Positions 12,601-23,934 of a stretch of DNA of 64,000 nt are shown in pieces. Positions within the stretch are counted from its first letter, which is position 1; each line of letters starts with the position of its first letter. The position numbers and the translations under genes were made by a program. The DNA is from Penicillus capitatus (lineage: Eukaryota > Plantae > Chlorophyta): NCBI GenBank assembly GCA_965649825.1, contig OZ287710.1:310001-374000 (forward strand). The letters run 5' to 3'. The notes under the pieces were generated by a model. That model had not been told where the DNA came from. It was given only the letters and a program-made list of their open reading frames with translations, and did no database searches.

Positions 12601-15600
12601 GTACCCGTAACAACGGCGTCACAGAAATCACCTTTTCGAAACCGATCAGCAGCGACGATCCTAATGACAACAGGTTTTCTGCAGACCATCGGCTGGCCGA
12701 GGTGACAAGTGTGCCTTTCAGTTTCCACCTTGACGGATCTACCGATATCATCTATGCATTCAACCTGGAGTCGGATACATTGGCGTATCATGCCGGAAAC
12801 AGAGGATCAGCAGTGCTGGAGACATCTGCCGAAGCGGAAACAGGTGGCACGACCGGCGGTAAGTATCCCTGCACCGCGACGCGGAAACGGGGATCTTGAC
12901 TGGCTGTTTTTGTCAGTGACGGAGAGCGGTGATCTCGTATTCGCCGAGTCCACCCTTGGCCCCTTTACTTTACTTTGGGCCTTAGCTGGCGACGAACTGA
13001 CGGTCAAGATACAAACGCAAGAGGACGTGTGGGTGGGTATCGGTCTCGAGCCCGAAGACGGAGGAATGGTCAATGCAGACATGTACGTCGGGCACAACGA
13101 CGGGGACATGAAGATCGATGACTGCTGGTCCTCAGGTGCGAGCGCGCTTTTGCAACCCATGCGTCACCATCGCACTCCTTTCTCTCTGCAGGTTACGGAC
13201 AGCCTGCTGTCGATTCCGCAAACGGAGGGGCCAATTCGTTCATCGACAGTGGAGCGGCCGTCCAAGATGGCGTCTACGAGTATTGGTTTCGACGAAAGCT
13301 GGATACAGGTGATTCCAAAGACAAGATCATCAGGGACGAGACCATCGATTTGGTTTACGCTTGGGGTGCCTCTTCGACACTTTCCTATCACGGACCCTCT
13401 CAGCGAGCACAGGCCAAAATCAATTTCTTCAGCTCGGATGGCGTCGCGAGCGTTGTCGATCTGAGTCGGACAATGATCCGATCGCACGGTGGAATCATGG
13501 TGGCGTCGTGGGCAGTACTGGGTCTGATCGGATGCGGTATTGCGCGTTTTGGACGTGGATGGACGTATTGGCTCAAAGCACATCGGCTACTGCAAGTACA
13601 GCACCTCCTCTGACACAAGCGTCCAACGATGCCTGTCGTGGCCATCCATTCAGATAGCGACGACAGTCGTGGCACTCATAGGAGAAGTCATCGGCTTCTC
13701 GTACACAAAAGGAAGTTTCCGGACGGCTCACAGCATCACGGCATTGTGTGTTGTCTTTGTGACATTTCCACAAGTGTCATTGGGAGCGGCAGCCATGAAG
13801 AAAACGGGAAGCGTTCACTACAGCAAACTGCACAAAGGAACGGGCTACTTCCTCATTGGCCTGTCTATGTGGCAGGTGAAAAGACAACGATGCTGAAGCA
13901 CACATGTCCTCGCTCGCCTGAAGTCTGAGTTTGTGTGATAGTAGATATGGACAGGACTGATGACATTGCAGATCGGCTCGCAATTGAAGAGGTTGTTCGT
14001 GGCGTGGACTGCTGCCTGGTTTCTGGCGTTTCATTTCTCAACAATGAAAGCGACAACGCGAGAGACAGAGTCACTCTTTAAACACGCCACAATGCAGAAC
14101 GGCGAAAAAGATTCGAAATCAAAAGGACCTTCCGCTATAGGAAGTACGTTGGACTTGATCGCTCTGCTCGGCTTTCTGGAAGAGGACACGTGCAGATGAC
14201 AAGGAACTATCACAGAAGAAAAAATCGATGATCGCCAGAAAGTCTTCAGTGGTAGGCGATCGAGACTTGGCGGTAAGATGCATTCATCGACATTGCTGCA
14301 GGCGCATCTTGCATTGTCTTCTCGTGCTTCCGAGACGATCGACTTGCTCATCGGGGGATCATCATCAGATGGCTCAGATACCGATAGCAATGCCTCAAGG
14401 TTGGCATTCCTATTCAAAAAGGATTGAAAAAGATGCGCATCGATAGCATGGGTGCCACTGCCTGGAGCGAATCTGTCGCGGGTGGTCGACTGGAAGACAG
14501 TGCTGTTGTTTCCTCCGATGATTTCTTCGCGGTCCACCACCAACCCGCATTTCTATGGAACACAATCTCGATGTCCATTCTGTGATTGCAGGCTATTCAG
14601 CGAGGCAGTCTATGGACCATTATCAATGACGTCGTCTACGATCTCACCGACTATATTCAAGAGCACCCTGGAGGCGTTAAGGTTATGGAAGATATCGTCG
14701 GTGAGATCGACTTCTCGATCGATCTCTGGATCTCGATTTCTCAACTCTGCTCAGGAGTGGACGGTACAGATGCTTTCCTCGAGTCACATGCCGACGATCG
14801 TACAGTCATGAAAGTCCTGGCGAGTCTAGCAGTAGGAGAGCTTCACGACGAAACTGGCATCGTTCACGAGCTCAACCAGGTAACTAACACAGCTGCCTCG
14901 ACAGAGACCATCCTCATGATCATCACATTTTTCCTCAGAGACGAGGATCCATCATTGCCGGTGACTTCAAAAGAGATCTGGCTCAATTTGAAGACCACGG
15001 TAGCAGCAAAGGGGAAACATCGAAGCATCCAACGACGTGTTCACGTTGTAGGTGATGACGAGGTGTCTCCTCCCCCGTCTTCTACCCATCAGCTCGAATC
15101 GGCTGAAATAGAAGTGTGTCTCCTCGCACTTGCCGCAGTCTCTTGAGATCTGTACCATGTGTATGGACAGCAGCAGAATACCGTTCAGCTGGGTCTGGAT
15201 CGAAAAGAATGGCGCAGCTTTGTCATCGAGAACATCGATGAGTTGAGCCACGACGTTCTTTTTTTCAGAATACACATCTCAGGTAATTGCATCCCGGGTA
15301 CTCTTGGAGAGAAGATCTCGCTGCAGGTGATGAGCCGATCGATTTTCCCATAACGTCTCACTTGATGGTACGCGGAGTCGATCCCGCTTCAGAAAAGGCC
15401 ATCGTTCGAAGCTTCACGCCTCTCATTCCAGATCAAACCGAGTATCCCAACAAGCTGCATCTTCTGGTGAAGTGCTATGAAGATGGACGCATGAGTCGGC
15501 ACATGCGTTCGAAGAAAGCCGGCGATTCTTTGGAAATGAAGGGACCCACATGTGGTCTCAAGGTGCAAAAGGGAACATGGCGGCGCATCTGTTTAATTGG

Positions 15601-16006
15601 AGGCGGCAGCGGCATCACTCCACTGTGGCAAGTCATCCATGGACTGTTACAGGATCCAGAAGACGCGACGCAGATCTCGCTCCTCTATCAAAACCGTTTC
15701 CAGGAGGATATCTTGCTGCGTGCCGAGCTCGATACCTTTGCTGCACAGTATTCATCGCGTTTCAAAGTCGTCTATATCCTTTCGAAGCCGCCCGATGACT
15801 GGGAGGGACTCTCTGGGCGTCTGGATGCTGCCATTCTGTCGTCGCACTTACCTCGACCCGACATCCCGGGTTCTTTCATCATGATCTGCGGTCCACCCGG
15901 GCTGAACACCAGTCTCGCCGGACGCATGGATTATGAGACGGGCAAAAGGACGGAGGGTATTCTCCAACAGCTCGGATACACAAACGATCGGATCCATGTC
16001 TTCTAA
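9604..16006 (+). CDS. Multidomain redox protein: signal peptide - heme peroxidase (peroxidase-cyclooxygenase superfamily) - 3x DOMON - cytochrome b561 - cytochrome b5 - NADH:cytochrome b5 reductase (FAD/NAD-binding); about 1700 aa, about two dozen introns
   Basis: Peroxidase: YDGRRNNLQHPEWG, RPSPREIT, GQFFDHEFDL, QQINVVTAYLDGSVVYG, GDIRANVH, REHNRIA, AYRYGHS, DIQRGRDHGIPDYN. DOMONs: GWLALG..GGMIDAD..AYHG; GWLGMG..GGMTDAD..AYHAG; VWVGIG..GGMVNAD..SYHG. b561 histidines: RSHGG, KAHRL, TAHSI, KLHKG. b5: WTIINDVVYDLTDYIQEHPGG. Reductase: RSFTP, LLVKCYEDGRMS, GGGSGITP, CGPPG. Canonical GT-AG introns keep one frame across all domain junctions. Confidence 0.88.
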
Positions 16007-16060
16007 AACGCGTTTCTGAAAGTCGCCATCTAGATGTCTATCGTCGCTGTTGGGGCATCG

Positions 16061-18357
16061 CTATGGGCTTCGTTTTGCTATGCGTTGTTTCTTTTCCATG
16101 CGTTTCTTAGATTCTTCCCATGCAGAACTGTACTTAACGATAATCCTCAGAGGCACGCCTGTTTGGAAGAGAGTGTTCGGGGGGCAGTCTGGAGTGCATA
16201 TGCGAACCTTGGAAATCGAATCCTTCGCGCAATGCATTGACAAATGTCTTCTTGTCGACATTTGTCAGCGGTGTCCGACCAGAAACGCGGAGACAGAATG
16301 TTGGTGGTCGAGTCTTTGTCTGTGAAAAGAATTTGATCCGATTTATCACGGCGCTCGAAACACTGGCCAGTCTCCTTGCGGCAGCCACCTCGGCAAGCCA
16401 ATCATTCAGTACAGATGTCTTGAGCCTGGGCAGCAACAGAGAGAAGAAAAATCTGCCAGCAACGTGTGCCGGGGATCCCACTTTGTGTTCCACTTATCGG
16501 CCTTGTTGATGATTTCGGGGACAAGCCGCTTGATCCCATATCCCGTAAGGGCAGAGATTGGAATGCAAACGACATTGTCCACTTCATGGAATCGATTTGA
16601 AATCTGAGGATCGAACAGACAATGCATGGCAAAGTCTCGTCCACTTTTGATATTTGAGCTCTCTTACGTGTTGCACGACCTCTTTTTCCACGAGTCGTTG
16701 CTTGGCTGCATCAATGGTGTCCATTTTGTTGAGGACAAGGATCAAGACTCGCTTCTCGTCGAGAACAGCTGAGGCTAACTGCAGCTCTCGGCGAAAGAGT
16801 GTCTTGAACATCCGACCGATTGCTTGGTGGGATCTCCACGAATCGTGTGGCTTACCGTATCGTGTTGCTGAGCGTGGGACACATCGAGCATCACCACTGC
16901 GATGTGGGTGAAATTCAGAACCTTCTTCGCAGCGTAATAGGATTCCTTTGCAAGCTCTCCATCTGCATCGTTGAACTTTTCGTACGAGAAGAATTTCATC
17001 CATCCTGCTCAGCAAACACACCAGAAGCACATAACCGAATCAGCGCTGCATCAGCAACAGGGAACCAACCGGCAGTGTCGATCAGCTTGATTTTTCTTCC
17101 ATGCAAAAGCATGACTTCTGAAACTGGATCGCGTGTGAGACCAATCTCGGGACCTATCACGAACAGACTCCTGTCTTGTAAGGACACGCTATGAAAACTG
17201 ACTGACCACAAAGAGAACGCTCGTACTGCACCAAGTAGTTCATGAGTGTCGATTTACCCTGTCACGAGTCAACATGCAAACTGCTAAGAAACGTGTTGGC
17301 TTAGGACATACCACATTGGGCAAACCCATGATCGCGACTTTGATGATGTCGTCTGAGGCTTCTGGCTTGTTTGTTGTTTCTGTTGTGCCGGGTTCCTCTT
17401 TTTCGTTGCGATTGTCCCCTTGGTCGACAGAACTGTCTGCAGTGGACGCTTCGATAGAGGGGTCCGGCTGAGGGATGAACGGAATGAGAGCCTCGCACAG
17501 GTCGATCATTCCATCTCCAGTCTCTGCCGAAATGGCTACCGGTGAACCCAGTCCCAGTCGATAGGCATCCATCAGATGATCTCGAATCTCTACATCAATA
17601 ATGTGATCCAACACGATGTTCCATGAGTGCCCACCATCCATGGATTTGCTGCTGTTGGTCGCCATCGCTTCGCACTTGTTGGCAACGAGAAGGATTTTGG
17701 ACGAGTCTCGAAAGAGATCACGAATCCAGATGGCCACGTCTTCGTCCGCCACCGTGGGCTGCTCTCTGATGCACCGCTCTGCTGCAACACTTCGTCCGCA
17801 CGCACATGACAGGCGTAACCTTCCGTCGATCATGAAGAGAGTCAGATCCACTCGCTGCATCAGCTTCTGCGTGATTTTGGTCGCGCGTGCCTAGCTTCAC
17901 AACAGTGTCCTGTCGCATTCGATAACGCTCTCCTTGACGGGACTTGTATGCTCTTTGAAGTGGGAGAGGGCTCGAGACCCGATGTGTCCACCACTGTAAA
18001 GAACAGTTCTCCCAGTTGTGCAATCCCACATCGATAGTCTCGTGTCACGTGACTCTCAGGCGTGTTCCGCACCTGAGAATCGCACAGCGACTAACAGAAG
18101 TCCCTACAGAGATCTGATCACAACACCATTGCATCTCGACGATGAATGAGGCGATTGAACAGAGCAGATTTCCCGACATTGGGACGCCCCACCAGAGCAA
18201 CCTATGTCGCGATCACTTCTCGAATAAACAGGTCGAGAGGAGAGGACACAATAGGGAGTCCATTTTCAAGGGATGCAACGGGTCCAGGTTTAAAACTAGA
18301 GAACCATCGCCGGAAGGGCGATAGGATTCCAACAGGACCCAGCCGCGAGAGGAACAT
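16061..18357 (-). CDS. der: Double-GTPase Der/EngA, probably mitochondrial
   Basis: MFLSRLGPVGILSPFRRWFSSF presequence. GD1 has VALVGRPNVGKSALFNRL, TRDYR, VVDTSGL and LVANKCE. GD2 has VAIMGLPNV, GLTRD, LIDTAGW and LVLNKMD. The KH-like C-terminus reads QTKTRPPTF...NALREGFDFQG. Confidence 0.9.
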
Positions 18358-18396
18358 GAATGCCGTCCTGTCCTATCCTGTCTTGTCGTACAGACA

Positions 18397-20013
18397 ATGT
18401 TATGCCAGGTCCGTCCAGCAGCTGCCTCTCTACGTGTCTGGCGCGGCGGAGGATCTCTTGTCTCACTGCTATCGACGACGGCGACCAAGAAGGATCTGTT
18501 AAAGTACGAGACCCGATCAGTCACAGCTGCGATTCACGGCCCTGTCAGTTACGATGTGATCGTGGTCGGTTTGGGTCCTGTTGGCTGTGCAGCTGTCTAT
18601 CACCTGGCCAAAGCGCGGTGCAAAGTGCTCGTCCTCGTTGCAGTGGCACCCGATCGATGCCGGGATGCGTATCACAGGTTCTGGGAATCGAGAGGATGGG
18701 CAGTGTGATGCCTCCCCAACTTCCTTGCAATGCCCTGACATTCCATCACGCTCCTCACTACTACGCCCTGCTGCATAGATCTCTGACACTGTGGAAGAGG
18801 ATGGAGACTGATCTCGACAAGGTCATCTTTCCCGATCACTTGTTATTCTTTCAAGCACCGTCTCCCATTTCAGGAGCTGCTGTTGGAGACGGGAAGCCTC
18901 TACTGTGGCACGCGATACGATGCTATTTATGATGCTGTGGATTCTTTTCATCTGGATCACGAAGAGCTAAGGGGCATTGCCGTTCCGTTTCGTTATCCGC
19001 AGCTCTGGCTTCCGATGAAAGAGAACGTTCTTCTTGTGGATCTCGGAGCAGTCTTGCACAGCACGGTTGCGACAGCTGCCCTTTATAGTTTGGCACATGT
19101 GAGGCCTCTGCCGTGAGGCACAGTGCCATGGACTGGTTGCTGCGCATGAAGGAACACGGAGCCAAGTTTCGATTCCAGGAGACGGCGGTGAAGTGGAAGG
19201 CCACGGCATCGGATGTGACAGTTACCACAGACAAGTGTACCTATACGGCGAAGAAACTCATTCTGACGTGTGGCCGATCCATTGGGTCGCTCGTACCCGA
19301 ACTGAAAGTTCATTCCCACTTCTGTGGTGCTCTGTTGGATGGTTGCTGACAGAAAGCACAACGCGTATTGATCACAAGCATGGTCGTCTATCGACTGGAA
19401 AGGATCTACAAATCTGCGAGTGCCCCGCCCATTCCTGTCCTGCAATACGATGACGAGCACACTGATGACCGTCTACTTCTGTGGCCATCTCCGGATGAAT
19501 TGAGTACACGAGAAAGAGTAATGACGATAACTGTGTTCTTGCTCATGGATTGACTGTTAGATGTCTGCATGGTTACAGAAGCGACATTGGACGCAGCAAC
19601 ATCCGGACGTACAGCGCACCGACGGAAACGGATATCACCAAAAAGGAATGTGTCGATGCTGAGAAAAGTTTGCCAAGGGATCGTGTCAACGAAACCTGTC
19701 TCTGTCGAAGTAGATACCGCCAGTGTGATCAGAGACGGAGATTTCATTCTGGACTGGCATCCAAAAGCATCCCGAGTCAGAAACGTCTTGTCTAAATGGA
19801 TTCTGTATCAAAAACGTGCTGGTCCTTCTTCAGGTCCTTCTTGGTTTGCCCAGTGGGGACTTAAAGAATGCATGTGCTCCGGCACTGGGTGAAGTGCTGT
19901 CGCTCATGGCAAGAGAGAACGACAAAGACATCAAGCCTCTGCTGGAGCCATTTCGTCTGCAAAGGGCCTCCCTTCAGGAGAATCTGCTGGAATTTGGCAG
20001 TGAAAGAGAATGA
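18397..20013 (+). CDS. Sarcosine oxidase/pipecolate oxidase (MSOX/PIPOX)-like flavoprotein, divergent
   Basis: YDVIVVGLGPVGCAAVYHLAK Rossmann motif, LLHRSLTLWKRME, YTAKKLILTCG, DGDFILDWHP and APALGEVL. Several catalytic motifs are degenerate (see findings). Confidence 0.75.
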
Positions 20014-20029
20014 CGGACAGCACTGTCTT

Positions 20030-22151
20030 CTATGTAGTAGTCTTTCTCTGAGGAGCACTCTTTTCCCAGTCCCGGATGAAGAACATCAAGTGGACCGCTG
20101 CGTAGAGTGTGATGTACATGGCGCACACAAACCGCGGTTGTCGAATAATCTCCATGAGAAATGTCTGGGCCTCGCGGAATCCAACGGCAAAACCAATCTG
20201 CACCACACAACAGATCGGCAGCTGAAACAGACACTTCTGCGTAACCATGTTGGCTGTCATGAGGAGGAATACGTTGCCTGCACCGAATGCAGCAGCAAGG
20301 TGTCGATAGCCACGCCCTCGACGGAACTCTGCAGAGAAGAGCATCTGGCCGCAGTGCTTGATGCCCTAGATTTAAAAGATCAAGGCACGTGGATTCTGTG
20401 ATGGATGGTGGACGAGCTCGATGAAGAAGAAGAGAGCAATGATCCATGCCCACTGCAGCAAACGGATTTCGATGTCGTGCCAGACACCCACAAAGGCAAA
20501 GATCAGCCAGATGCTCAGCCACCTGCGCTGTCGTCCACCGAGGGGCAGGTAAACGTACCGAACCAGCCACAGGTTGAAAGAACAGTGCCAGTTCCTCCAA
20601 AATCCCTGCGGCAACGGAACTGGTTATCTGCATGTCTGCAGATCGGAAGACAGGACATCACCTCATTGTCGTAGTTGTTGCACAGGCATCTGCACATGTT
20701 TTCTGGCGGCTCTATGCCTTCGGCGAGCGAAAAGAAACGAAAGAGCCTCCAGATGACTAGAAACTAAACCGGGATTTCTTTTTCAGGAGGGTTCACTGCA
20801 GGAATTGACGACCTTGAGCCAGATGAACATGAGCATCCAGAAACCGACGACGGCGAATTCCAGAGCGCCGAAGAGAGGCGAATGCTGTCTCTTCCACAGC
20901 CGGAATTTGGAAATGCTGTTGACATAGATGAAATGCGTCAACAGCTCCAGAAGCATCCATGCCACGAGCCACCTGAGGCCCTGCTGCAGGAGCTGCGATC
21001 ACACCATCCCAGCCGTTCCGTTTTGAATTTTCAGAAACCTGGAAGAGCGATGTCTTAGGAGGACTCTGCAGCTGGGAAGCAAAGTTATTGAATGTCGAAA
21101 TGGGTCCCGCTAGATAGAGAGGCACATAGAGAAGGTAGGAGACGTAGTTCCAAACATGGTAGCAAGAGAGATCCAGCGTCTCCTGGCTTCGGATCTGTTC
21201 GACCGCCACATCTGTCCCGCATCTCAGGCTCCAGAATCGAGTATCACCTTGACAGATGCATTCGGACCAGTAGATCGCTGATGGACACTCTGCTGAGCGT
21301 TCTTAGCCCAATGCAGATCCATCCCAAAAGACAGAAACCTCAGGACTGAGAGATTGTAGCAAACATGCCATCGAATCAATCCTCTGTAGCTAAACCAGTC
21401 TGGCAAATTGCTGTACCATGCACGTCTCAGGACGACGCAGCCTGAGAGAGTGGGCTTACACGGACTGCGGTATCTGAAATCCATTCGTCTGTCGAACAAG
21501 AACGAGCATAGCCATGTTGGCGATCCACATCACCCAGGGTCTAGAGCAAGCCATCTTCAGAATCGCATTGGTCTTCTGTGCTCACCCAAATGATCTGCCG
21601 GCGCATCTTTTACAGAGAAAATAGTTCAGGATGACCAAGGTTAGGAAGTGTAGGGAGTAGATTCCGTGGAGAAAACCAACCTAAGAAGCACACGTCTTCA
21701 TCGATGCTTCTTGTCCCGTCTTGATCACGAAGATCAAGGAACAGATGATGTTGTAGGGACATCGGAGATGGGCGCGTCCCTGTTGAACCTACAACAGCGT
21801 TCATGGCTGCCCATTGTTCATACTGTGTGTGCATCCATTCACGCACCATTCGCGATCCCGCGACAAAAGATCCCAGTACAGCAACGAGTAATGCGAGATT
21901 CGATCGAAATTCTCTCCATTGAATGTCAGACACATCCACCAACTGTGTTCCTATCCATCCCTGCCGCAGTCCAGGAAGAGAGCTTCCCTGGCTCAGCGCA
22001 TCGCTCAAATCCACACCCCTTATCGTCACCACTCTCAAGGCATTGGCCACGACCTGCACATCCATCTCCTCTGCTCAGGGAACAAACGCAGAAGACAGCG
22101 AACGGTGAGGTATAACAGGATTTCGAACCATGACAGAGTGGAAAGCGTCAT
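20030..22151 (-). CDS. MBOAT O-acyltransferase, GUP1/HHAT-like
   Basis: [84 protein letters not shown], and the catalytic His in VGVWHDIE. Confidence 0.9.
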
Positions 22152-22278
22152 ATGTCGAGCGTTAAATGACACGTCCTTCTGTTAGATCAAGAAACGTCAC
22201 TGTCAAACGACAGGACGTTTACCTATAAAACGATGTACAGACTCACCTGAGGAATACCCATCCGATTCGTCTCTACTC

Positions 22279-23291
22279 GTGGCCTTGACGCAGCCATACC
22301 TCTCGCGACACCCCTTGGTCCTAACAGAAGTCATATCAAACATATCATTTAAGGCATCATCCAGGTGCGTGCATGCGGGACTCGCATCTTCGGATTATGC
22401 CTCACTTGTGAAGAAAACATCTAAACCCGGAGTCGTTCATGCGACAGCCAATGCTATCAGCGTCGCCTCTGGCAGACTTGCTGACACATTCGGCCTCAAC
22501 GGTACATGTCTAAGTATCAACAGAGCCTGTTCAACATTGTTGGTAAGACTGCATCTGGCCCATCAATCCATTTTAGAACATGAGATCTCATCTGCCCTGG
22601 TCAGAGGAATCCATCTCCAGCGCACATCGACCCAGTATCTCTGGAATGCCAACATGCTTCTCCCAGTGGCCGATGTCGAACACTGGATGTATCGGCTGAT
22701 GGATGCGTCAGGGGGAGAGGGATGCATCACATTTTGTCCTTAGTGGGACACGAAGGCATCGCGCTTGTCAGTGGTGCCGTCAATCAAGACGGTCGTTCTA
22801 TGTCATTGAATGCCCTTCATGGGCCATCTCAACAACATGTCATCAAAAATACCCTTAGATCTGGGCAATTATCACAACATGCTGTCGATCAGCTGTCGAA
22901 GCATTGGACAAAGACAAGTTTAGATGATACCGTAGAAACCGGAGCGGCTGTTGCTGTGCTTGGAAAGAACGATGAGGTAGCGATGTCCTTGATGGCCGGC
23001 AAGTCTGTGATTGGACATTTGGAACTTGTTGCTGGACTGGCTGGTCTAATACAAGCACTTGCATCCCTGCACCATACTGTCAGACCTTCCATTCTCCATC
23101 TGAGGACACTCATTCCTCGTGTCTCGATGGTCTTGCAATCATCTGCCAAGCGTCGCCTTGGACGACCAAAGAATATTGGACCTTTGCCTTTGATAGAAGA
23201 CCGTTCCCTCACTTGTATCAGCTCCTTCGCCTTTATAGGTGGGTACCAGAGCTCATCCGATCATCGGAAAAGTACTTCGATGTTACGATGA
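22279..23291 (+). pseudogene. Type I polyketide synthase ketosynthase (KS) domain relic
   Basis: VASGRLADTFGLNGTCLSINRACSTLLVRLHLA. A frameshift near 22665 separates ML(S) from SGRCRTLDVSADGCVRGEGC. Then NQDGRSMSLNALHGPSQQ, HWTKTSLDDTVE (for HGTGTxLGDPIE), KSVIGHLE..AGLAGL and LHLRTLIP. No AT/ACP domains follow. Confidence 0.85.
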
Positions 23292-23365
23292 ACCGCCGAG
23301 CCCGGTGCCTTTTGTAAGGAAGAGTTTTTGGGTAACGTCTCTGAGACATCTGTTCCAACCGCATC

Positions 23366-23880
23366 GTGATCCCTGCCGACGATCCTGACCGTACCCTCGC
23401 CAACCGCATCGTGTCCAACACGGTGGATATTGACCGAAGGCAGTATTTATACAGGTTTCGCGCCGAGCTTACCAGATATCAGGATGGCGAATCCAATCAC
23501 ACAGGAGCGAATCATGCACGAGCAAGCTTATCTTCTGGAAAGAGAGCTTTTAACAAACAGGGAAGCCCATGACTTCTTTAATAGAACGATGCACGATTCT
23601 GATTTGCGTCTGGCGCAAATCACTTGCTTCATTAGAAAACGAGAGGAATTTTTTCAAGAACAATGTAAGTGTCTACATTCCTGTTCTCTTTGTTTAGTCT
23701 TTTTAGTTATTGGTGAGCCCTAGGAAGCTGTGCTGAGATTGATGCAATCTTACGTAAAGGCGACAACGCCCACTATAGAAAGCCTCGTCAGAAGTGTCGT
23801 GCGCGAAGCGCGGTGGGTCGGACGCCGTCGGCGCGCATGCGAATTCCGAGTCAGCGGGGAACGAGCGCGGATAAAAAATT
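23366..23880 (+). other. Unidentified coding-like fragment containing one clear intron, possibly a pseudogene piece
   Basis: Coiled-coil-like HEQAYLLERELLTNREAHDFF...REEFFQEQ, then a GTAAGT...TTTTTAG intron at about 23665-23706, then a stop-interrupted frame EAVLRLMQSYVKATTPTIESLVRSVVREARW. Confidence 0.3.
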
Positions 23881-23934
23881 GAATGTTCTTTCTGATTGTC
23901 AAGTTCACAGTTTCTTCGCTGACATGCCGTCACT

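Noticed and set aside
19974-20633. 219-aa minus-strand ORF
   Set aside because: Alternative frame across MBOAT exons; the MBOAT frames carry the family motifs.
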